A stretch of 36,339 nt of DNA from a virus (lineage: Duplodnaviria; Caudoviricetes). Both the position numbers and the translations under genes were made by a program. Shown here in pieces: positions 27,721 through 36,339 of this stretch; within the stretch, counting starts at the first letter, position 1; every line of letters begins with the position of its first letter. Location: IMG/VR virus record IMGVR_UViG_3300014775_000737, positions 1 through 36,339 of that record; one strand, written 5' to 3'. The notes under the pieces are model-generated. The model did no database searches and was not told the DNA's origin. It saw only the letters and a program-made list of their open reading frames with translations.

Positions 27721-28976
27721 TGAAACTTATAGGAAATGTAGAAGTTTACAGTATTAGAGACGGTGAACCCCATCTGGAACTAAAGGAAAATAACCTTGTT
27801 GTGGATGGTGCTGGGGAACTAATATGTAATATGCTTACAGTTCCTTATAGCGTTACAGGTCAAGCCCAAGGGTTCGCTGCTGACGCATCCAATTATACCA
27901 TTCAAGCATTGAGTATGGGTAAAGCAGCAAAATTATACGGCGCAGACCCAGAAACCAGTGCAGCAGATAGTTCAGTGATTGGAATGCACGCTGTTTATAA
28001 TGCGTCTTCTCTATCCGACGTATACAATGCCTCTGATAGCCAGGAGTTTATTATTGGGTTCTCTAATACAAGCTCAATGTCCTCTTCTACCTACTTACCT
28101 AAAGATCCTCATTCACGAGATCAATGGTTAGAGCAGAATACTAAAACTCAGATAGAACTCTATTTAGAGCAGTCTGCTTTAGGGGAAGAGGGACTTAAGA
28201 CACCAGGGCTTTTATCTGAGTTTGTAGAGGCATATAACCCTACCTCGTCCAACTACCTTGAGGTGTCTGCTGGAACCCCCCTACCTCAAGAGGGGCATAA
28301 CCTCAATGCTTTTTATTCTCGAAGCGCCCAGAATATGGTTAGAATGCATCAAGGGTGTTATATGCCTAGCGATGGTATGGAAGTGAGGATAATAAATCAA
28401 GCAAACATAAGTAGGTCTGTTTTGGACGGTGTTGGTGCTACTTCAACAACTTTAATAGATCAGCAGATAGGCCAAACAGAGAACATCGTTTCAGGACACT
28501 TTAATCATTTGGGAGTGGTAGACGAGAGAGGGTACATTCGAGTTCAGCCTTATGGAGAGTTGTCTGATAATACTGAGGGAGTAGTAGTTTCTGCGGCCAG
28601 GGTAGACTCTGATGCTGCCCTTACCTACAGTGGTAAAGTATTAAACTCTGCAACTTCAGGAGATTGGGTAGCAAGCCCAGCTATAGAGGTCGCGTATACA
28701 GTGTCATCACCTGACGTATTAGGTCTTCATATGTACAAAGGAGTTACTAATATAGGTTTATGGTATATGGACTTATGTAATACGTTTGCTAATGAAGATC
28801 CACCAATAGCCTGGACTGCTCCAACCAACAATCGCAAATATAAACTTTTCGCTAAGAAGTCTTTTACCACCGATATTACCAGAATACAAGATAACGGTAC
28901 GGCAGCAGGTATAGAAAACTTCGATGACCTACTTATTAGGTGGAGAATAAGCTTCGATCATGGAGGAACCTTCTAA
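27720..28976 (+). CDS. Baseplate/fibre-attachment protein, paralogue 1
   Basis: GNVEV...ENNLVVDGA, TNIGLW, LFAKKSF...LLIRWRISF. The motifs are shared with the next two ORFs. Confidence 0.65.
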   Translation: MKLIGNVEVYSIRDGEPHLELKENNLVVDGAGELICNMLTVPYSVTGQAQGFAADASNYTIQALSMGKAAKLYGADPETSAADSSVIGMHAVYNASSLSDVYNASDSQEFIIGFSNTSSMSSSTYLPKDPHSRDQWLEQNTKTQIELYLEQSALGEEGLKTPGLLSEFVEAYNPTSSNYLEVSAGTPLPQEGHNLNAFYSRSAQNMVRMHQGCYMPSDGMEVRIINQANISRSVLDGVGATSTTLIDQQIGQTENIVSGHFNHLGVVDERGYIRVQPYGELSDNTEGVVVSAARVDSDAALTYSGKVLNSATSGDWVASPAIEVAYTVSSPDVLGLHMYKGVTNIGLWYMDLCNTFANEDPPIAWTAPTNNRKYKLFAKKSFTTDITRIQDNGTAAGIENFDDLLIRWRISFDHGGTF

Positions 28977-29659
28977 TGAGGGGTCATGTAAAAGTAACTA
29001 AAATATACGATGATCATGAAGAGATCGTAGTAGATGACCGTAACATCCTTACGGATGGATTCAAAGTAGATATAGTATCCGTCCTTACAGGGGAAGCAGT
29101 AAAATTACCTGATCTGAGACCAGAGTATATCCAAGTAGGGACAGACACGGTAGACTATGACGTTCAGCCAGATGACGTTTCTGGGTTATTCTATCAGGTA
29201 TGCGCTCCTATAACAGATACTAACTACGGAGATGAGACTGAGCTTTACTTAAAAGAGCTATATCGCTCTTTTGTAGCTTCTACTGATGATTCTGGAGCAA
29301 CTTATAGCGAGATGTTATTCGCTAGTGCGCCAGCATCCTCGACCTCAGTATCCTCCACCCCAGATAAGGAGTGGTTCGGAGTAGTTCAGAACAACTATAG
29401 GACCAAGTTCTTCTTGGATAATATAGAGGTTCGATTAGAGTTAGACAAGAAGACTGCTAACGGAGTAGCAATAACGGAGTTCGGATTATTCAACAAGAAC
29501 CCGCATAACTACAGGGAAGACAGACCCTTCTTGATGGCATATAAGAAAATTGGAACAGCGATAACCAAGAGACCAGAGTTCAAACTATTAGTTGAGTGGA
29601 GTATAGGGTTCCCTGGAAACACAAATGCGTTTGATTTCGTCTTCCCCGAGATAAGATAA
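28976..29659 (+). CDS. Baseplate/fibre-attachment protein, paralogue 2 (227 aa)
   Basis: Start reassigned to ATG 28976 (TAATG overlap, GGAGG at 28962-28966). GHVKV...DRNILTDG, ANGVAITEFGLF, LMAYKK...LLVEWSIGF. Confidence 0.7.
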   Translation: MRGHVKVTKIYDDHEEIVVDDRNILTDGFKVDIVSVLTGEAVKLPDLRPEYIQVGTDTVDYDVQPDDVSGLFYQVCAPITDTNYGDETELYLKELYRSFVASTDDSGATYSEMLFASAPASSTSVSSTPDKEWFGVVQNNYRTKFFLDNIEVRLELDKKTANGVAITEFGLFNKNPHNYREDRPFLMAYKKIGTAITKRPEFKLLVEWSIGFPGNTNAFDFVFPEIR

Positions 29660-29672
29660 TATATACTTTAGT

Positions 29673-30311
29673 ATGAGAAATACAGAGACATTAGACGTAT
29701 CAGGTCACTTACAGATCTTTAAGGTACATAAAGATGGTTCGGAAGAGAAGGTTTTTGATGATCATAACCTTATTACTTCCGGTATGGGTCTTGGTTTAGC
29801 CGCACTTTTATCCGGCCAGGATGACGGATCTGCCTCTGTAAAGGACTTTCAAATTAGGTGGTTCAACTTAGGAACCAGTGGGCAGGGAAGAAGGGACGGA
29901 GATCATCCCTACGATCATACCATATATGATTTGAGCGGGGAGTATGTAGGTACAGGATCTCCAGATAACTACGGTGACGACAACTATACTAATGGCACCA
30001 ACTTAAAATCAGCCCCAGACGGGACCGCCGATGGCACCCATAAGGTCTGCTATATCCCAGACACAGCAATAAAAAGATCGGGAACTAACTCAGTGACCTA
30101 TATTTTATGGGTTCCTGAAGATGGCCTCAATGATACTGTGGACTCCAAACCCTTAAATGAAATCGGGCTGTGGATGAATAACCCACTAAGAGCTATCACA
30201 GGAGCATCGTCTGCACAACCAATAAACCTATTAGTAGCATATAGAGCTTTTGATGATATTCAGAAAACAGACCAGTTCTCGCTGGTTTTCAAATGGAAAA
30301 TCACGTTTTAG
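29673..30311 (+). CDS. Baseplate/fibre-attachment protein, paralogue 3
   Basis: GHLQI...DHNLITSG, LNEIGLW, LVAYRAF..IQKTDQFSLVFKWKITF. Confidence 0.7.
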   Translation: MRNTETLDVSGHLQIFKVHKDGSEEKVFDDHNLITSGMGLGLAALLSGQDDGSASVKDFQIRWFNLGTSGQGRRDGDHPYDHTIYDLSGEYVGTGSPDNYGDDNYTNGTNLKSAPDGTADGTHKVCYIPDTAIKRSGTNSVTYILWVPEDGLNDTVDSKPLNEIGLWMNNPLRAITGASSAQPINLLVAYRAFDDIQKTDQFSLVFKWKITF

Positions 30312-30326
30312 ATAGAGGTAGAATAA

Positions 30327-33300
30327 ATGGCATTCGTAGATACTGACCTATACTTAACATCAGGAACCAATGTTCTCGCAAGAGGAGATTGGACTGATAC
30401 TGTCTATAAGTACGATAGTAGTTCCTTTTATAACTGGGAACAGGATAACCTCCCTCTATATGATTTGGAGGAAAGAACTGAACTTAACTGGGAGCAACAT
30501 GGGTACGCTGGCTCTTCACTTCAGGGCGGCATGATGCTTACAGTTTCAGACTCAGGAGCAGATACCGCAGCACCTTATCAAGTATTCTCTTCGGTCAGTG
30601 GAGCATTAGAAAAACTACCTAGAGTGCTTAGATTTCCAGTTATCATTGAGGTCGCAGCTAGTGGTGATCTTGGTGATGTTAATATTAGCGACTTTGAGTT
30701 TGTAGATGATGGTGGATTAGAGATTGTTAACCGAGGATTTGGTAAACTCCTATCAGGTTCTTCTACTACCTCCTTCTCCACAGCAGCATCAGGAACTAAC
30801 ACTTCTTCTATCTCTCATGTTAGCTCCCTGGATCTAAGTAACACCTTTGCAAATGCCAGCGCACTTGCTACTAGCTCAAACCTAACTACAATCAACACTA
30901 ATGATTACTGGAACACTTATCACCGTTCCTTCTTCCGTATACTTACTACTTACTCTCTGGATGGGAGCTTAGTTAGAGCTTCTATGGGAGATTTTAAAGG
31001 TGGACCTACTTCTAACGATCATAGACCTAATGCGCTAACTGCAACAGTAAAGCAAGGTACAGTAGATGGAGCCGGATTCCTAACTGGTGATGGAAATACT
31101 TTCGGGTTAGACGACTATTTAGACCAAGCTTCTGGATTAGACTACAATGCTACAGCAGGTTCATTTGCTCTTAGAGAGTCTGATACGGCAAACTTAGATG
31201 GATTTAATCAGGATATTGGAGTTGGAGGTTTTGTTTACGCCAACACAATAAGAAGCCTAAAGATCCAAAACTGTAATGGCCCAGTATACGTCAGAGGGTT
31301 TTGCGTAGATGGGTATAGAGGAGAGACTATTCCTGCCCCAGACCATGAGATAGAGACAGGGATAACAGTAAAGAACTCTAAGGTAGTAATAGAGAACTGT
31401 GCAGTTATGCGTTGCTCTGAGACAGGACTGTTGGTTGAAAACTCTGATGTTATTCTTAATAGAGGATTTACCTCATATAGAAACTACCCACTTGCTTCAG
31501 ACACCAAAGGAACTGCATCTGCCTATGGAATGAGAACATTCAATTCAACTGTTACTTTAAGTGCTACTAATGATGAAGCACTTGGAATGCCAGCAGATGC
31601 TCCGTTCTCTTTCCTTCATAACCCAGTGGGTGTTCAATTAAATAACTCTACATTAACCTCCCCAGTAGGAGGTAGAACTAGAAATATTGTTGATGGCGCT
31701 GTGGCAACAGCACAATATGGATTCCATCAAATAAACTTAGACCTATTTCTGAATACGGAAGTTGGGTTAGAAAGTAATAACTCAGTGATAGATTTTAATC
31801 ACTCAATATTTGCTTTCCAAAACCAAAACGGTATTAAGTTATTTAACTCTAAACTTCATACTGATGAGTTAATAATAGATCATAACAACAATGTTGGTCT
31901 TGAGTCTGATGGGAGTGATATTCAATTCTTCAAAGTAGGTAATGCTACTAACGGTGCCCCTAACAAAGTATTCCAAACTGTTATAAATGGAATACACTTG
32001 AAGTTAAGAAACTCTTCTCTAGGACATTCGGAACTTGATACTGAGTATAGAGGAACTACTACGGTGCCAGCCAACTTCGTTGAGATTTGCGCTGGAGGTA
32101 GGAAGACTGAGAATGGGTTAACTCTCCCAGGCGTTCAATTAGACAACTCCAAGGTAAGACTATTAAACGCTAAGACTGAGTTCGATACTACTAATCACAC
32201 ACCTGCATCTTTAGAGGGTGTTCCCCTTACTGGGTTCTCCTACTTAGCAGAGAATGGAAGTAAGCTTCAGTTCCTCGGAACTAGCGGTCAGCATACCTAT
32301 ATTCAGGGACCAGATACTAGCTATGATACTCTACTTGATAGTGTGGCTGTTATGGCTCAGGATAACTCAATGATTGAGTTCAATGGCCCAACAGTAATGA
32401 ACTCGGCAGGAATTAATGTTGGCGCTAGAAACCATTCAACAATTTTATTCCAGCCCCACAACACAGATGGTAGGTTAGAAATAACTGACTGGTCATTGTC
32501 CGACTCTTCCATGCACACTATGGTAGACCTCCAATCCTATAAGTCTTGCTTGTCTGTAGATAATAACTCTACATTAAAGATGAAGGATTGTGGAGATTTC
32601 AATGAACTTTGGGGTAGATCAAGCGATCAGTATGTATTAGATCTGGTAACTAGTTCAGATTATAACCCTGCCGACGTTCTAGGGCATTCTACTTATACTT
32701 CTGGCGGTTATATACAATTCTACCCTAACCCCATTATTCGAGGATTAGGGGTAGGGGATACGGAGTTCGTATGCTCTGCCAACCAAGTTACCTCATTAGA
32801 TGCTCCAGGCATGGCTAACACCAACAACAACGGAGACAGAATTCCAGATACAGTTTCCGATAAACAGGACTTCTGGGATTACTCTTGGGGTGGTGTATGC
32901 GTTAGAGCAACAGGGGGCAGTAATGTAGAGGTTCTTAATACACACTTCCTTACTGGTTTCAATAACGTATCCTCTACTATACTGGATGTTTCTGCTGGCT
33001 CACCACAAACTACAGAATGTGGTAAGGTAATGATCTGGAACATAGCTGACGAGTCTAGTCTACGAGCCTCACATATTTCAGTAAGTGGACATTACCCAGG
33101 GGACACAGATTATCACGGTCCAAGTGGTTTTTATGTTTCCGCAGACGGCACTTGTAATGGGGAACATAATGTTCTTTCATCAGCACCTTCATCAACAGCG
33201 GATACAGGAAGACTTAGTATTCTAGATTCCTTCGGCCAACACCCAGGATATAATGATCTGCTGGACGGAGCATCTTCCATAGACGCTAGAGACACTTTTG

Positions 33301-33860
33301 ATAACAAGGGACCATTCAGGCTTTACTTCTCAGTGAAACCTATAGCTAAGTTCATAGGATACACTAGAGGTACTGAAGGGGAGTTCCAACTATCTTCAAA
33401 CTTAGACGCAGGTTATGTTTGGTCAGACATTCCTTCAGCGGTTGAAGTAGGTGAACCTTATCAGGAATTATCTCAAGGGTATAACCCTTCCCGAGATTGT
33501 AGTACACCCTCCCCCACTAACTTAAGTAGTATATATCAAGAGTTAGGATTCCAGTTAGACGCTCGTGCTGGAGGACAGCCTCTTTCTACGACCTTCTTCT
33601 ATGCTTCTGGTATGCTGGATGATTCTTACGCTAATAGGATTTGGTTAGATGATTCAGCAATGAATACCTTCGCTAATGCTAAGAACGCTACCAAGGGTAC
33701 GTCAGGAAGACCTAAGTTGGTGTCCTATTACAGAGCGGTTAGGGAAGAATTCGGTGAGGCTCACAATGGTGATCCAGGGAACGGGTCAGATGGGTTTAGA
33801 AACGGATTCGGTTTAGGATTTAGAAGTTCTAATATTTCAGATTTTGATAGGGACGTATAA
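30327..33860 (+). CDS. Tail spike/fibre with predicted parallel beta-helix (pectin-lyase-like), 1177 aa
   Basis: Repeated G(I/L/V)xxxNSx(V/L)x(I/L/F) rungs: GITVKNSKVVI, GLLVENSDVIL, GVQLNNSTLT, GLESNNSVIDF, GIKLFNSKLH, GVQLDNSKVRL. GAGG upstream. Confidence 0.75.
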   Translation: MAFVDTDLYLTSGTNVLARGDWTDTVYKYDSSSFYNWEQDNLPLYDLEERTELNWEQHGYAGSSLQGGMMLTVSDSGADTAAPYQVFSSVSGALEKLPRVLRFPVIIEVAASGDLGDVNISDFEFVDDGGLEIVNRGFGKLLSGSSTTSFSTAASGTNTSSISHVSSLDLSNTFANASALATSSNLTTINTNDYWNTYHRSFFRILTTYSLDGSLVRASMGDFKGGPTSNDHRPNALTATVKQGTVDGAGFLTGDGNTFGLDDYLDQASGLDYNATAGSFALRESDTANLDGFNQDIGVGGFVYANTIRSLKIQNCNGPVYVRGFCVDGYRGETIPAPDHEIETGITVKNSKVVIENCAVMRCSETGLLVENSDVILNRGFTSYRNYPLASDTKGTASAYGMRTFNSTVTLSATNDEALGMPADAPFSFLHNPVGVQLNNSTLTSPVGGRTRNIVDGAVATAQYGFHQINLDLFLNTEVGLESNNSVIDFNHSIFAFQNQNGIKLFNSKLHTDELIIDHNNNVGLESDGSDIQFFKVGNATNGAPNKVFQTVINGIHLKLRNSSLGHSELDTEYRGTTTVPANFVEICAGGRKTENGLTLPGVQLDNSKVRLLNAKTEFDTTNHTPASLEGVPLTGFSYLAENGSKLQFLGTSGQHTYIQGPDTSYDTLLDSVAVMAQDNSMIEFNGPTVMNSAGINVGARNHSTILFQPHNTDGRLEITDWSLSDSSMHTMVDLQSYKSCLSVDNNSTLKMKDCGDFNELWGRSSDQYVLDLVTSSDYNPADVLGHSTYTSGGYIQFYPNPIIRGLGVGDTEFVCSANQVTSLDAPGMANTNNNGDRIPDTVSDKQDFWDYSWGGVCVRATGGSNVEVLNTHFLTGFNNVSSTILDVSAGSPQTTECGKVMIWNIADESSLRASHISVSGHYPGDTDYHGPSGFYVSADGTCNGEHNVLSSAPSSTADTGRLSILDSFGQHPGYNDLLDGASSIDARDTFDNKGPFRLYFSVKPIAKFIGYTRGTEGEFQLSSNLDAGYVWSDIPSAVEVGEPYQELSQGYNPSRDCSTPSPTNLSSIYQELGFQLDARAGGQPLSTTFFYASGMLDDSYANRIWLDDSAMNTFANAKNATKGTSGRPKLVSYYRAVREEFGEAHNGDPGNGSDGFRNGFGLGFRSSNISDFDRDV

Positions 33861-36339
33861 TGGCATATGTAAACTCGGATCATAATTTTGTAAGACCTAT
33901 AAGGAAGTTCAAAGCGAACGATCCTTATTATTACGAAGTCGATAATATTCCAATCACTCAGTTGGAAGAGAACGTCCTTTGGTTGAAGGATCAGTTTGAT
34001 AGTTTTATTGAACCTGCTAGTGGAGATCCTGTCGAGGGACAACCTCTGTTTGTGGGAGATGATCTTGATCTTGAACATATAAAACAATTCCGCCCCAAGC
34101 ATAGAGGCGGTAGATCCATTGAGATCCAGGCGGGTAGATTCAATGCCAGGGTAAACGATGCTTATGAAGTACATGATGGGTTATCCCAATTAACTGCTAC
34201 CTTCTTATCTGGATGTAGTAAACTACCTCAAATAACTGAGACCCAAACTACGGCATTTTTTGATGCTGTTTGGGATTCCTTTACTAAACAACTAACAGAT
34301 GATAACTTTGTTGGTTGTGATAACCTCAGTAATATCGCGTTAGCTTACAGAATGAATGGTCTTGAGACCATGTACACATTCCATATTTCTAACTTTGGAC
34401 AGGCAGTACCTACGTCAGAGACTACAACGTATGGCGCACCTGAATATTCTGAAGATGGTTCAGGTAGAAACAAAGTTTGGCCTGGAATGTGGCACAGAGA
34501 TATTAAAAACCTTAACTTAAACAGTTCTGATTGGAGAGATCTTAGTAGGGTCCACATGGATATCGTACAGCATTGGCGAGGGGTTACAAGAACTGCCGTG
34601 TGTGATTTCCGAGGTGAGACCATTGAGATTGAACCATTCAATGAGTTCGATTACTTCTATGTAGAAGAGGTTGGGGGGGTAGAGAACACGGTCTCCTTGC
34701 AAAACTTAGCTACACAGAGAATAGACCTTATTGTAGTTTATACTCAGGCCATTGATTCCTCTGGAACAACCATAGGAACATATGATCCTGGTGTATCTCC
34801 AGTCGCCTTACCTGGGGGTGTTGGTCCCCAAACTCCCAACTCCTTTACTACTCCAAAATTAGGGGTCATTAAGGGAGCAGGTGTTGGTATTAAGAGAACT
34901 GAGGATGATCGGATCGAGTTGATAGACACTAGTATCTATCCTGGCGAACAGAAAATCCTCGGTAACATTAATGATCATCTGGATGGTAGAAGCAATACAG
35001 GCATACGTCTAAAGAACGGGGCAATAATCAACGGATCATTCCCATCCCCAGACGACTTGGCAAATATCGCTCCTAACCTCACATTAGATTTGGATGATAA
35101 TGATCTTCAACTTGTGGGACAAACAGCATTACCCATTGCTTACGTTGTAGTAACTAAGGATAACTCCGCTTTGGTTCAGGAGGATATCATTGATATACGT
35201 CCTTTCCTTAGAACAACCGAATTAGCCTACAACGAGAGAGCAGGTATCGCTGCTGCTCAACCACCTCTTTCTTTCGCTAACCCAGCCATAGGTGCTGCTC
35301 ATCTAAACAAGGTTGTAGAGTGCTTAGAGGCAAAAATAGACGCTACCGCTACTACTACTCCAACAACTACAACAACATCTAACAATGTAAAGTTTGTCTA
35401 CCATGATGCTGTTATGGGTGGATTAGTGTTAGGCGTAGAGGGTTCCTTACTTCTGATGAATGAGACCACTGGAGGTCCATGGGATGATTTTGGTGGTCGT
35501 ACTTCCTTCTTGAACAAAAGCGCAACTGATAGAAGGACAGACTTAAAGACTCTTTATGAAGGTCAGGGAGCATTAGGGGGTTCTTATACCTTAAGTAGAT
35601 GGATGACAGATCCTAACAATGCCGCAGGAGAAAGAGGGAGATACTTAGGTCTAAATGATAACCGAATAATTCCTCTATACCCTGAGTGGGAACCTCAAGT
35701 AAACGATGATACTCCAAGCCCAGCTAACAACTTCAATGGAAGACCTTTAGCATGGACTTGGAAGTCTAACGACGTTGCAGCAGGAAACTACTCCTCCCCT
35801 GGTATTGATGGAGATGCTACAACATTCACAGCAGGATCTAACCTATCTCTTCTTTATCTAAAGAAGACAGTTAGATTAAAGTTAGGGGCAGGGGTTGATA
35901 ACATTGATGTTAACGCCAACTTCGCTGGATGTTCTCCCGTAACAGGAAATAACCCTTATTTCGACTACAACATAGGGTCAGCAGGAATCAGTGGAGGTAT
36001 CTCACTTGGTCAGCAGGGTTCCCTGCAACCAGTAGATACACAAATTAGTATCTTCAAGACTGGAGTGTTCGTAGATTCTAACGGGGAATCAGTGGTAGAT
36101 GTTACCTTTGTTATTCCTTGCCCTCAATACAATGTAGTTAATGATAGTGATGGGGATGATGATTCACTTAGGTATTTGGTTATCTCACCGGAGTCACTAT
36201 CTCCCACAGCCCAATCGTATCCTTTCGGTGGAGGACAAGGAAGCCAGAATGCGTTCCAAGGAATTATCCATCCAGACAACCCCAAACCAAAGATAGGGTT
36301 AGCTAACTACCCAACAATAACTTATAGTATTATTGGTTA
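33860..36339 (+). CDS. Tail fibre/baseplate-associated protein, at least 826 aa, runs off the window (absent from ORF track)
   Basis: TAATG-coupled ATG at 33860. Translated by hand with no stop to the end of the window (MAYVNSDHNFVRPIRKFKANDPYYYEVDNIPITQLEENVLWLKDQ...RIDLIVVY...LPIAYVVV...DIIDIRPFL...YPTITYSIIG). Confidence 0.85.
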   Translation, partial: MAYVNSDHNFVRPIRKFKANDPYYYEVDNIPITQLEENVLWLKDQFDSFIEPASGDPVEGQPLFVGDDLDLEHIKQFRPKHRGGRSIEIQAGRFNARVNDAYEVHDGLSQLTATFLSGCSKLPQITETQTTAFFDAVWDSFTKQLTDDNFVGCDNLSNIALAYRMNGLETMYTFHISNFGQAVPTSETTTYGAPEYSEDGSGRNKVWPGMWHRDIKNLNLNSSDWRDLSRVHMDIVQHWRGVTRTAVCDFRGETIEIEPFNEFDYFYVEEVGGVENTVSLQNLATQRIDLIVVYTQAIDSSGTTIGTYDPGVSPVALPGGVGPQTPNSFTTPKLGVIKGAGVGIKRTEDDRIELIDTSIYPGEQKILGNINDHLDGRSNTGIRLKNGAIINGSFPSPDDLANIAPNLTLDLDDNDLQLVGQTALPIAYVVVTKDNSALVQEDIIDIRPFLRTTELAYNERAGIAAAQPPLSFANPAIGAAHLNKVVECLEAKIDATATTTPTTTTTSNNVKFVYHDAVMGGLVLGVEGSLLLMNETTGGPWDDFGGRTSFLNKSATDRRTDLKTLYEGQGALGGSYTLSRWMTDPNNAAGERGRYLGLNDNRIIPLYPEWEPQVNDDTPSPANNFNGRPLAWTWKSNDVAAGNYSSPGIDGDATTFTAGSNLSLLYLKKTVRLKLGAGVDNIDVNANFAGCSPVTGNNPYFDYNIGSAGISGGISLGQQGSLQPVDTQISIFKTGVFVDSNGESVVDVTFVIPCPQYNVVNDSDGDDDSLRYLVISPESLSPTAQSYPFGGGQGSQNAFQGIIHPDNPKPKIGLANYPTITYSIIG

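Noticed and set aside
78-34929. Numerous short ORFs in the track lying antisense or out of frame within long genes (e.g. 78-272, 987-1220, 11004-11333, 15136-15543, 33761-34174)
   Set aside because: They are shadows of the coding strand, with no motifs or RBS, and are nested in or largely overlapping well-supported genes.
35342-35385. ACT/ACA trinucleotide-like run
   Set aside because: Encodes a Thr-rich linker (ATATTTPTTTTTS), an ordinary low-complexity hinge.
11011-36339. Extracellular contractile injection system, tailocin or T6SS interpretation
   Set aside because: Interleaved UvsW-like helicase, primase and nuclease, phage-like gene density and the absence of bacterial housekeeping genes favour a phage. 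Head genes are not in view, so this is not absolutely excluded.
1-36339. Stop-codon reassignment (code 15 or 4)
   Set aside because: Genes are long and contiguous in code 11. TAA, TAG (4376, 10206, 30311) and TGA (primase, 8427) all appear to act as stops.
277-36339. Diversity-generating retroelement or invertible fibre cassette
   Set aside because: No reverse transcriptase, recombinase, adenine-variant repeat pair or flanking inverted repeats were noticed by eye. A self dot-plot would be needed to exclude this fully.

Overview
A densely packed segment of a large contractile-tailed dsDNA phage (distantly T4-like myovirus), read in the standard genetic code. No capsid, terminase, sheath or tube gene is recognisable in the window. 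Positions 1-4965 hold the end of an acidic protein, a 1298-aa mosaic fibre protein and two small accessory genes. Positions 4962-11011 form an alternating-strand block. There a UvsW-like helicase, a TOPRIM primase and a Cas4/AddB-like Fe-S nuclease are interleaved with morphogenesis genes, including a gp26-like chaperone with a likely -1 frameshift into a gp51-like extension. Positions 11011-36339 form one translationally coupled (TAATG) baseplate operon: tape measure, tube initiator, gp53-like, hub, spike, LamG protein, gp25-, gp6- and gp7/gpI-like wedges, three paralogous adaptors and two fibre/spike proteins. The most striking unexplained signals are: (1) a short [AVLT]-S-[GAS] motif strongly enriched in predicted surface virion proteins and nearly absent from enzymes and internal proteins, a candidate virion O-glycosylation sequon; (2) the T-TTT-TTC frameshift; (3) a primase whose zinc-finger cysteines are all replaced; and (4) divergent genes whose start codons overlap in one CATG. 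All product calls come from motifs recognised by eye plus gene order; no database searches were run.
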